IMG/VR virus record: IMGVR_UViG_3300044922_000175
Location: 1 to 64,000 of that record
DNA length: 64,000 nucleotides
Direction: 5' to 3' (one strand)
DNA from: a virus
Part shown: piece by piece, positions 33,669 to 42,457 of the stretch
Layout: the number at the start of each line of letters is the position of its first letter
How positions within the stretch are numbered: the first letter of the stretch is position 1
Translations under genes and position numbers: made by a program
Notes under the pieces: generated by a model
Told to the model about the DNA's origin: nothing
The model's input: the letters and a program-made list of their open reading frames with translations, nothing else
Database searches by the model: none

Positions 33669-35557
33669 TTGTTTACGACAATTTTAGAATGTAATACTTC
33701 ATGCTCTGTTACTACAGTAAGTACATATACACCATCAGATAACTGACTTAGATTAGCACTATACTTATACTTACCTGCAGGCATCTTTTCATTTAGAATA
33801 GTCTGTATGCGTCTTCCTACCTCATCAGAGATAGCTACATCTACATCAGCATCTTGTTTGATCTGGAATTGGATCTGTACTGCTCCATCTGTAGGATTAG
33901 GGAATACGATAATAGAGTTAAGATCATTTAAAGAAACAACTCCTTTGTTAATCCTACGTACTTCTATGATACCCATAGCAGGAGTAATGTTCATATCTTT
34001 AGACTTAGCATCACCTACGTATTTAGCACCAGTCCATAAAGCTGCAGTAGCCCAAGAGTCTTGTGGTTTCTTAGCGATAAACTGAAGAGTAAATACTTGC
34101 TCTCCATCATTTAAGAGGTTTTCATTAGTTAAGTCAGCACCTCCCCAAGATACTATACCGTTAGAAGGGTTTAAGTAAGAAGTCCACTTCATCATCTTCT
34201 CGGTGTTCTCTACTTTCTTAAACTCTAAGTAAGCAGTATCATAACGTAAGTCTAATTGAAGTGCACCTAATTGCTTGCCATCTGTAAGAACTTTAACAGG
34301 AACGTTAACTAAGTTACCTTCATCTACAGTTACTTTAGGCATGTTAATCTCAATAGTTTCTGCAGGGAAATCATAAGACACAGTCTCATCAATGATGTAA
34401 CGCTTAGCATTAGCTGGGTTAGTAATCTTGATAGGAGTCAAACGAGCCATCTTAAATCCTGTAGAGTTTGCATCTCCTTTAACAGCTACGTAGTAAGTGA
34501 TAGAATCACGACCATCAATAGTGTAGTTAAAGTTGTTAATCGTAGAGTAAGTAGAAGTTAGGTTAGTAGCTGATCCGTTAATTGAATTGTATTCAGCAAC
34601 TGTGAAGAACATTACATCTTTCTTAGAGTTAGGCCAAGCTGAGAATCTACCTGCTAAACGTCCGTACACAGAGTATACGTCAGCAATAGTAATAGAACCA
34701 TCAGTGTTGTTTACATCCATTGTGTAGTAGTCAAATCCAGAAGGAGTGTATTGAGCTAAGATAGATTGGTTAATCTTTTGTGCATCTGCAGTAGAGAATA
34801 CGTTACCAGGAGTCATTGTATCTCCCTTAACTACCATACGTACATCCCAGTAAGTAGTATCTAAGAATTTACGGAATACTACAACACCACTAGAGTTAGT
34901 TGCTTTAGCTTCTACCTGAGTCCAAGATCCACTAGGAGCTTTCTTCTCTAAAGACACCCACAAGTTCTTAGCGTCAGAACCTGTTACGTTTTTAAACTTA
35001 GCAGCAAATCTTAATACTTTTTGGTTAAAACGACCACCATAAGAGTAAACTACCAAAGTAGTATCGTTACCCCAGTTAGTAGCAGCTTTGTTAGCAAATG
35101 ATTTAACACCTGCAACTTTCAAAGTTTTAATAGAATCTAAAGTATTCCATGTTGAGCTTCCTGCGTGCGTGAAGGTTAAATCAAAGGTAGCTCCGTTAGA
35201 ATAGTTGTAAGTAGAGCTAGATCCAGTGTAAGCCAAAGTTACTGTCAAGAATCCTTGTGAGTTACTATCTACGTACTGAAGATACTGATCTGTAGTAGAA
35301 ATCTTCAAAGAAGGAACTACACCAGTGAATGCAGTGTTATCGTAGAATACACGGAATTGCATACCAGTGATCTTCTCTGAAGTAGAAGTGTTATAGAAAT
35401 GTAAAGGTGCTACTGTCTGTCCTGCAGTAGTAGTAGCAACTTGGTAACCAGAATCAATCACAACCCAGTGACCTGTACCTGGAGATGTGCTAGAACTTTG
35501 CGCAAACATTACTGTTGCAAACAAAGTAGTGACAAGTGAAGAGATAAATTTTTTCAT
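33665..35557 (-). CDS. T9SS substrate: signal peptide, cohesin, beta-sandwich, dockerin, cohesin, type A CTD
   Basis: CTD IIVFPNPT...SDEVGRRI...LSDGVYVLTV...SKIVVNK; cohesin VNVPVKV...GALQLDLRYD...FTLQF; Ca-loop DVNNTDGSITIAD. Confidence 0.85.
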   Translation of the reverse strand: MKKFISSLVTTLFATVMFAQSSSTSPGTGHWVVIDSGYQVATTTAGQTVAPLHFYNTSTSEKITGMQFRVFYDNTAFTGVVPSLKISTTDQYLQYVDSNSQGFLTVTLAYTGSSSTYNYSNGATFDLTFTHAGSSTWNTLDSIKTLKVAGVKSFANKAATNWGNDTTLVVYSYGGRFNQKVLRFAAKFKNVTGSDAKNLWVSLEKKAPSGSWTQVEAKATNSSGVVVFRKFLDTTYWDVRMVVKGDTMTPGNVFSTADAQKINQSILAQYTPSGFDYYTMDVNNTDGSITIADVYSVYGRLAGRFSAWPNSKKDVMFFTVAEYNSINGSATNLTSTYSTINNFNYTIDGRDSITYYVAVKGDANSTGFKMARLTPIKITNPANAKRYIIDETVSYDFPAETIEINMPKVTVDEGNLVNVPVKVLTDGKQLGALQLDLRYDTAYLEFKKVENTEKMMKWTSYLNPSNGIVSWGGADLTNENLLNDGEQVFTLQFIAKKPQDSWATAALWTGAKYVGDAKSKDMNITPAMGIIEVRRINKGVVSLNDLNSIIVFPNPTDGAVQIQFQIKQDADVDVAISDEVGRRIQTILNEKMPAGKYKYSANLSQLSDGVYVLTVVTEHEVLHSKIVVNK

Positions 35558-36003
35558 TTTTTTATGTTATTTACAGCGTGTTCTATGAGCCAAGGCTCAG
35601 GATTTTCTAAGTTTTTTATAAAGCTAAGTTCATACATGTAGCAAAATGTCTCCTCTTTTTCCGGAATCATTTCTATACCTTTCTTTGCTATATAAAGATG
35701 TAAGCTTTCATGTACTAGAACTACAGCAATGTTATTTATAGAGTTTAGTTTAAGATCGGCTACAGCTATGTAGATGTGACCTTTACCATTCTCTAGTTCA
35801 CAAGAAGAGTAGGGACTTATCATAAAAGATACCTGAGAACAATTTGTATCAAGCATCTTGTACTTATCTATGTCTACCTTCTTTATCAGTTGAATTGCTG
35901 AATCAACTTTTAAATCCCAACCGTCCCCAGCTTTGTCAATTTTGATTTGAGCAAAACAAGGGACGGCTAAGAATAAAAAGAGGTTAATTACTAACCCCTT
36001 CAT
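35554..36003 (-). CDS. Secreted HExxH zinc-peptidase-like protein
   Basis: Signal ...PCFA-Q; LVHESLHL...EKEETFC. Confidence 0.65.
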   Translation of the reverse strand: MKGLVINLFLFLAVPCFAQIKIDKAGDGWDLKVDSAIQLIKKVDIDKYKMLDTNCSQVSFMISPYSSCELENGKGHIYIAVADLKLNSINNIAVVLVHESLHLYIAKKGIEMIPEKEETFCYMYELSFIKNLENPEPWLIEHAVNNIKK

Positions 36004-36006
36004 AAA

Positions 36007-36594
36007 TTATTTAATGTCTTTAGACTCAATAAGAGTGTAGGTAAAAGAGTTACCACCCAATGTAGCAGCTTTCTTACAGATTGCCATGAATGCATCAAAG
36101 TCAGCAGACTTCTTGAACACTTGGCATCCTTCAGACCAGTTCTCCACGTAAGTAGAATCTGCACCAGCTTTATGAATGTTAATACCGAAGATGCCTTCTT
36201 GTATCTTAGATTCATCATAAGTCATGTCTTTGTTAGCATCACGGTAAACCTTTACGTTTGCCTTTTGCTTTAACGCTTCATACTTACCTTGGTGTAATCC
36301 TACATGGTGTGAACCACTGTATTGACCAGGCACTAAGCGTGCAACACCAGCAGCATTGTGAAATTCTTTAACACCCTTAGTTCCGGGATCTGTAGTAGCA
36401 GGCCAGATTTTAAATTTCCATTCTCCATTTTCTTTGTAAGAAAGAGTTAAATGATCATCAAATACATTAGTTACTTTGTTACCAGTAGAAGAATTACGTA
36501 CACCAATGATATTTACATTGAAGTCACCATTCTCAAAATACTTGTAACCTTTGGCTTTCATTGCAGCCTCAATTTGTTCTCTAGTATAGCTCAT
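36007..36594 (-). CDS. Putative endolysin, L,D-transpeptidase (YkuD)-like
   Basis: FGINIHKAG...NWSEGCQVF (H...SxGC catalytic pattern); no signal peptide; adjacent to a holin-like gene. Confidence 0.7.
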   Translation of the reverse strand: MSYTREQIEAAMKAKGYKYFENGDFNVNIIGVRNSSTGNKVTNVFDDHLTLSYKENGEWKFKIWPATTDPGTKGVKEFHNAAGVARLVPGQYSGSHHVGLHQGKYEALKQKANVKVYRDANKDMTYDESKIQEGIFGINIHKAGADSTYVENWSEGCQVFKKSADFDAFMAICKKAATLGGNSFTYTLIESKDIK

Positions 36595-36631
36595 AATAGT
36601 TTATAGTTTATAGTTTATAGTAAACAGTGAA

Positions 36632-36880
36632 TTACTCCTCAGTGTTAGCTTCTGGCTTCTTCATGATTTTCTCAACAGAAGTCAAACCTAAACAACCAAA
36701 TGCAAGCAATGCTACAGCGTCCACTAAAGGAACAGAAGGAGCAAAGTGTGCTTCAGTAAAAGAGTTAGCATACAAAGTAGCGCAAAGAGTAATAGTGCAG
36801 ACTAAGCCACACAAGCGCTTCATGGAAACGGAGCCTTTTTCATCTTTGAAAAGACCACCAATAAAGTTTAATAGTTTCAT
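36632..36880 (-). CDS. Putative holin (2 TM)
   Basis: GSVSMKRLCGLVC... followed by two TM segments and a charged tail; directly upstream of the lysin. Confidence 0.6.
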   Translation of the reverse strand: MKLLNFIGGLFKDEKGSVSMKRLCGLVCTITLCATLYANSFTEAHFAPSVPLVDAVALLAFGCLGLTSVEKIMKKPEANTEE

Positions 36881-36966
36881 ACGGTATTGTTTTTACCGCA
36901 GTTGATTCGGGATGCAGCCCTAGATGGTTTTTAGGGTACTACATATATAATATAGTGAAAATTAAT

Positions 36967-36974
36967 TAGATTTG
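36967..36974 (+). promoter_or_regulatory. -7 box TAGATTTG upstream of small ORF 36987
   Basis: Matches TAnnTTTG in the divergent intergenic region. Confidence 0.5.
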
Positions 36975-36986
36975 AATAACATAGAT

Positions 36987-37142
36987 ATGATAGGTATAAG
37001 TTTCCTTCCAAAACAAGATGTACTCTTAGGAGTAAATGTAGATCTCCTCAACTATGAGGAAAACGGTAAAATGATTGAAGCAACAAGATTATCCTTTGGA
37101 ATAATCTTTATCACTTTATGTATTTTATTTAAACACAAGTAA
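36987..37142 (+). CDS. Small 51-aa protein with hydrophobic C-terminus, against the local strand
   Basis: Translated by hand (MIGISFLPKQDVLLG...FGIIFITLCILFKHK*); has its own promoter box and terminator. Confidence 0.6.
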   Translation: MIGISFLPKQDVLLGVNVDLLNYEENGKMIEATRLSFGIIFITLCILFKHK

Positions 37143-37171
37143 AATGTAGGGGGAGAAATCCCCCATTATTT
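37141..37171. terminator. Bidirectional terminator between convergent genes
   Basis: GGGGGA-GAAA-TCCCCC with A/T tracts on both sides. Confidence 0.75.
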
Positions 37172-40100
37172 TACATAGAAGTCTGTTACATTATCATAAG
37201 ACTGCCACCTGTTTATTGTATACAGTACTGGCAATGCATCTGACCATTGTTTGTTAAGTTTTAACTGACCCTTTCTAGAACCTTGTTTGTAATACAAACT
37301 CTCCTCATCAAACGCATAGTTATAAGGAAAAGCAAATGTATCACTAACAGCCTCTCCTAATTCACCTAGTAATTTAGAAGATGCTATAGGACTCTTCATT
37401 AACATGTAAGCATTAGCTGGACTAATGAAACTTGTTAATTCTGAAGTCTGTCTATCTGCTTGATAAGCTAAAGCATTTAATAGTCTCTTAAGCTCTTTGT
37501 CATCATCATCAAAATCCATACCTGCAATTAATGAAGATACAATATGAGCAATAGCAAAAGAAGATAAGATAAATGTAAGTTCTGTTGCTACCCGGTTTAA
37601 GTTTTTAATCTGATCTTCTCTTAAACTTTCTTTAGCATCCCTAATCTTAGTAAAGATATCTCCTCTTGCAGATTTAATATGAGATATAAAGCTAGCAAAT
37701 GTCCGGTATCTTCCCTCAATCCAACCAAGGTTTTCATCATAGTACTCTCTTTTAAATCTTGCTTTGAATGCTGGATATACCCACTTGTGAAACTGGAATA
37801 CTAATCTACCAATACTATAATCTTGTAAAGCAGCTCTATCTTCATTAGAGTAGTTACCGTGGATTTGTTTGTTTACTTCACGAATATTATTTCTAATATC
37901 ATAACGTTCTGTATCTGATAACTCAAAGCCCGGCTTTAAAGAAACATTACCGGTATTAGGATCAAAGTCATAAGCATCATATAAAGAGAGTGTCTCACCT
38001 TTATCATTTGTAATTTGCTTAGACATAAGAATAGCCATGCCTACTTTACTCTGCACGTTTGTTTCCGCAGCATCTTGTAAAACATAACCCCATTCCATTA
38101 ATCCACCTTTCTCCTGTACCTCTCTTTGAGCAACACTATCTACCATTCTGTATAGATAAAGTAAAGCTTCATATTTAGACTGAGGATCTTTTTGACCATA
38201 GTAACCTTTACTACTTGCTAATCCTTTAAATGTTCCAGGTAAATACTCACTGTTATAAATACCTACAGCTCTAAGCATAGCTTTTTTATCATAGAATAAT
38301 CCACCACCGGTTTCTATACCGTTGTTTATTCTACCCATAGCATAGTTATTTATATTACCAAAGATGTTAAATCCTACATATGATAAAGATGTTGCATTAA
38401 GTACTTTACTTATAACATTATCTACAGTAGTCTTATCAAACTCTTGCTCTTCATAGTAAACCATCTTTAACCATTTTTTCAAACGTGTAGCTGTTCTACT
38501 CTCTAAACCAGGTATAGTTTTAGCTTTAGTACCCGTAGCAGTACGTACCAATACATTCTGAGACTGACTATACTCTCTATTCTCAACAACTCTCTTTAAT
38601 GCAAAGATTGTATCTTCAGCATTACTCAAGTGTTGATAGTTAGAAGCCATTGCTCTAAACTTAATTAAGCTATCTACTAGATCAGTATTAAGCTCATCTT
38701 TACTAAGCATAGATTCATTTCTTTTGAGCTGCTGTTCTAACTCTTTTAACTGTTCTCTATACTTAGTTGTAGATACCTTACCATCTCTAAATTCAGTTTG
38801 TAATGCTTCTATCTCAGATTTAATCTTATCTATAGTAAACTGACTTTTAAGCTTACCTGTAAAGAAAATAGGAGGTGTTTCAATAATATTACCCTCTTCA
38901 TCTGTAAGAACCACCTTCTGGTAACCAGCATCTGTAAAGCTTTTAAACCAACTAGAAATAGATTTAGTCAAAAGTGTAGTAACACTAGCCGGATCCTCTT
39001 TTAATTTATTTAAGAAATTCTGCTTTTGCCTTGGTAACTTACCAGTCATATCCTTCTTAACTGAAGGAGGTAACATCTTAAGAGCTCCGTTTTCAAATTC
39101 TTGTAACCAGAAATCATAGAAATCTTTCTGTGCTCTCTCTAGTTCTGTAGTAGGATTCATGATCTTGATATACTTTTCATCAAGCATGTTCTCACCGGTA
39201 CTAGCAATGTCACGTACTTCTTTAAACTCTGGCTTTACAAACCATCCTTTTCTAACTGTAGTAGCTCCAAAATAACTACCATCTTTCTCTCTCTGTGCAG
39301 TTACATACTCAGAGTAGTTATAGTATTTATTCTTATACGCTGCATATTCTGCATCTGATACACCACGTTTTTTTCTCCAGCTATAGTTTCTATACTCTTC
39401 ATACTTATCCCGGATCTTTTTAAAATCATCAGTGTATTTGTGATAGTCACCATCTTCTGGTTTATTGTTAACTATTTTTTCAGATCTAGTAAACTCACTA
39501 TAAGCTTGTCTATTTAAGAAAAGTTCTTGGTTAAACTTAATATCTTCAACTTTAGCATCATCTAAATTTGGTATATTTATGTATTCTAACCAGTTATTAT
39601 TATTGTCTACAAGCTTATTTCTTAACTCGTAGAACTTCTTATAGTATTGATAACCAATCTTTTGTACATATCTACCAGTAAAATTTCCGTCCTTATCATA
39701 AACCAACATGAAATCATAATTGGGTTTACCACTTGATAAAGATGCTAATCTATTACCTAATGCAATTGCTTGATCACTAAATGCTTGTACATCATCCTCT
39801 ATCTTTTGCTTCTCTCTTTTATATACTTTATCAATAAGAGCTAAGATAGTATCCGTACTAGTTGCTAAGTCACCAAGTTGAGCATCAGCTACAGAGATAT
39901 CTGTAGTTTCTTTGATGATGGCTTTTATATCATCCTCTGTAAAATTTCTAGTAGAATTAGTTTTAATAAAATTAATAGTAAAGTTTTCTATAGCCTGATC
40001 AATTGTAGTATCAGCAATATTTAATAAATCTGTTACCGCAATTGCAATCTCTCTCTGACCAGGATTAACAACATTACTTAAACTAAGATTACGGATACCT

Positions 40101-42454
40101 CTATAGGTTTCCATAAACTTACTGAACATAAGTACTACAGAAATATAATCTTCTTTAGATACTGACTTAGGATTAGAGGCATACTTAATAAAGTTCTCTA
40201 ACTCTTCTTTAGAACTATTTAAGAATCTTCCTAATGCTATATCAGCTTTACCGGAGTTTATCTCAGTACTAAGTATAGCAATCAAACTATTAATTTTATC
40301 TATAGTCTGTTTCTTAGGTTTAACTTGTTTAGAGGAATCAATAATACTTTGTAATGCATCATTACGTTTTACTAACTGTGAAACTACATCCTTCATGAAC
40401 AAAGCAACGTTTGTATATTGCTCATCTGTTAAACCTGCTTCGGGTTTCTCATCTTCAGGACTTAAGAAATTAGGATCATTAGTTACATTGTAACCATTCT
40501 TTACTTTTAACTCATCAAGTGTATTCTTAAAAGGATCTGTAGGAATAATTGTATTTACATAAGCTAAGTTTTCTGTCTCATTATGCTGCACCACTCCTTC
40601 TACTCTAAACTTTTTTACCTTTTGATCTTTACCTTTACCTTCTATATCTAGATTATAATGATACGTAGATACACCAGATACTGGGAAACCATTAATGTTA
40701 GCTAACTTAGCATAACCCATTACCTGGATGCTTTGTTGTTGTTTAGTAGTTAATCTCTGACCTTGTAATAAAGTACCCTCATTTGTAGGATACGTAATCT
40801 CATAATATTCTGGATCTTTTATACTTGTTTTAGATACTTTTAAATCTACAATGTACAATGACCCATCTGGTTTAATGATAAGGATATCTAATGAGCCGGC
40901 AATTTTAGATTGATCATCAGCAAGAATAACTTGTGGTAAAATTATAGAACCATCTAATGTAAGTGTAGCTACATATGCACTAAGTGAATCATATGCATCC
41001 TCAGCTAAAGCCGGTTCTAATACAGTAACATTTTCTAGCGCCTCATCAAATGTTTTACCATTTATAATATCCTGAAGAATCTTATCAAAGTCTTTACCAA
41101 ACAATCTATTCATTTCATATAAACCATCTGGATCATTAAGACCACCTTTGATAGCAGAAGTCATAGACTTATATTCTTCTCCGGTTTCTAGATTAGTATA
41201 TGTATGTGTATCTTCATCTAGGAACATTGGAGTATCATATAGAGTATCTACTATATCTCTCTGTAAATTATTTACTGCTCTGTTCTTAGCAGCTTTTTTA
41301 GCCTCTTCTTTTCTGATATACTCAGGATCATTCTTATCAATACTAAGTTTAACTGTAGCCTGTACATCACTTGCAATGGGCCCAGTAGTAAATCTTAACT
41401 CTTTAGTATTTAATAACTTAGCAATATCAGTAAGAGTAACATTCTCTTTTAGATCTTGTACGTTAATGTTTAATTCATTTCCGGTAATTGCTTTGTAGAT
41501 ATCATTAACTAATTCTGCAAACCATTCTATAAACTCTCTAATAGCAGTTTTAAAAGAACCACCTGGTTGATTCTCATACTCTTTTTTAAAGTGTCTAGTT
41601 AATGCTTGAGTTACTAACTCTACATCTCTATACTTCTCAAAGAATCCTTTTTGTCCGGTGTAACTATCTTTAATCTGTTGAGTTAAAACAGGGAATGCTT
41701 GTCTAGCTTCAATAAGTAACTTACCAAAGATATCAGGTCTACCTACAAATAAAGCATCTACTACTGGATGCAGCATTTCTTCAATAGCTGTCTCTGTAGT
41801 AACCCTACTTTTAATTATGTATGCAGTGTTCTGATAATAAAAACTTTTAATCTTATCAAAGTTTAAATTAGGTTTAACCGGTAACTTATCATAGATCTTT
41901 TTAGCTTCTTCTACAGTTACAATCTCATAACTTACATCTGGTAAAACAGCAGATAAGTATTCTAGTACATCAATAGCATTATTAGTATTCTCTGATTCTC
42001 CAATTACATCAACTGGAGTGAACATGTTCTCTTTAAGAATAAACTCTATACTATTTTCTGTAGTTCTAAAATCATATGTCTCAGCCGGTATTCTATTGTA
42101 GTTCAGATAGTTAATAATCCGTTGTTTGTTATTATTAAGAACAGACTGATCTATTTCCCTCATACCTTCTGTAGTACCAGTAACAAAGTATCTAACTTGA
42201 CCATCTATTGTAACACCAGATATCATGCGTCTTTGTCTTAGGTTTCCTATGACAGCACTACCATATTGTTTTTTCTTAAGACTAAATCTTGCTTGATTAG
42301 CTTTTACAATGTCTTCTGCTTCTGCAATACTAGGAAATGTATCTGTATTTTCTTTGACTTGATAATTATCAATAATACTATCTACAACAAGATTATTATT
42401 GTATACACCCATTAGGGCTTTATATTCCGGTAAGTTTCTATTATGACAAGCCAT
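37166..42454 (-). CDS. Giant virion cargo/ejection protein with degenerate zincin and PD-(D/E)xK nuclease domain
   Basis: EEMLH at 41768-41782; IAGSLDILI...IVDLKVSK at ~40830-40900; adjacent to the RNAP gene. Confidence 0.7.
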   Translation of the reverse strand: MACHNRNLPEYKALMGVYNNNLVVDSIIDNYQVKENTDTFPSIAEAEDIVKANQARFSLKKKQYGSAVIGNLRQRRMISGVTIDGQVRYFVTGTTEGMREIDQSVLNNNKQRIINYLNYNRIPAETYDFRTTENSIEFILKENMFTPVDVIGESENTNNAIDVLEYLSAVLPDVSYEIVTVEEAKKIYDKLPVKPNLNFDKIKSFYYQNTAYIIKSRVTTETAIEEMLHPVVDALFVGRPDIFGKLLIEARQAFPVLTQQIKDSYTGQKGFFEKYRDVELVTQALTRHFKKEYENQPGGSFKTAIREFIEWFAELVNDIYKAITGNELNINVQDLKENVTLTDIAKLLNTKELRFTTGPIASDVQATVKLSIDKNDPEYIRKEEAKKAAKNRAVNNLQRDIVDTLYDTPMFLDEDTHTYTNLETGEEYKSMTSAIKGGLNDPDGLYEMNRLFGKDFDKILQDIINGKTFDEALENVTVLEPALAEDAYDSLSAYVATLTLDGSIILPQVILADDQSKIAGSLDILIIKPDGSLYIVDLKVSKTSIKDPEYYEITYPTNEGTLLQGQRLTTKQQQSIQVMGYAKLANINGFPVSGVSTYHYNLDIEGKGKDQKVKKFRVEGVVQHNETENLAYVNTIIPTDPFKNTLDELKVKNGYNVTNDPNFLSPEDEKPEAGLTDEQYTNVALFMKDVVSQLVKRNDALQSIIDSSKQVKPKKQTIDKINSLIAILSTEINSGKADIALGRFLNSSKEELENFIKYASNPKSVSKEDYISVVLMFSKFMETYRGIRNLSLSNVVNPGQREIAIAVTDLLNIADTTIDQAIENFTINFIKTNSTRNFTEDDIKAIIKETTDISVADAQLGDLATSTDTILALIDKVYKREKQKIEDDVQAFSDQAIALGNRLASLSSGKPNYDFMLVYDKDGNFTGRYVQKIGYQYYKKFYELRNKLVDNNNNWLEYINIPNLDDAKVEDIKFNQELFLNRQAYSEFTRSEKIVNNKPEDGDYHKYTDDFKKIRDKYEEYRNYSWRKKRGVSDAEYAAYKNKYYNYSEYVTAQREKDGSYFGATTVRKGWFVKPEFKEVRDIASTGENMLDEKYIKIMNPTTELERAQKDFYDFWLQEFENGALKMLPPSVKKDMTGKLPRQKQNFLNKLKEDPASVTTLLTKSISSWFKSFTDAGYQKVVLTDEEGNIIETPPIFFTGKLKSQFTIDKIKSEIEALQTEFRDGKVSTTKYREQLKELEQQLKRNESMLSKDELNTDLVDSLIKFRAMASNYQHLSNAEDTIFALKRVVENREYSQSQNVLVRTATGTKAKTIPGLESRTATRLKKWLKMVYYEEQEFDKTTVDNVISKVLNATSLSYVGFNIFGNINNYAMGRINNGIETGGGLFYDKKAMLRAVGIYNSEYLPGTFKGLASSKGYYGQKDPQSKYEALLYLYRMVDSVAQREVQEKGGLMEWGYVLQDAAETNVQSKVGMAILMSKQITNDKGETLSLYDAYDFDPNTGNVSLKPGFELSDTERYDIRNNIREVNKQIHGNYSNEDRAALQDYSIGRLVFQFHKWVYPAFKARFKREYYDENLGWIEGRYRTFASFISHIKSARGDIFTKIRDAKESLREDQIKNLNRVATELTFILSSFAIAHIVSSLIAGMDFDDDDKELKRLLNALAYQADRQTSELTSFISPANAYMLMKSPIASSKLLGELGEAVSDTFAFPYNYAFDEESLYYKQGSRKGQLKLNKQWSDALPVLYTINRWQSYDNVTDFYVK

Positions 42455-42457
42455 CTC

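Noticed and set aside
27635-36003. Envelope operon as host chromosomal contamination
   Set aside because: It is seamlessly coupled (ATGA overlaps, tiny gaps) to phage lysin and dcd/phoH genes on the same strand, with no IS or att boundary visible. Read-level confirmation is still advisable.
36597-36620. TAGTTTA x3 tandem repeat upstream of the lysin
   Set aside because: Too short; consistent with an A-rich translation-initiation region or slippage.
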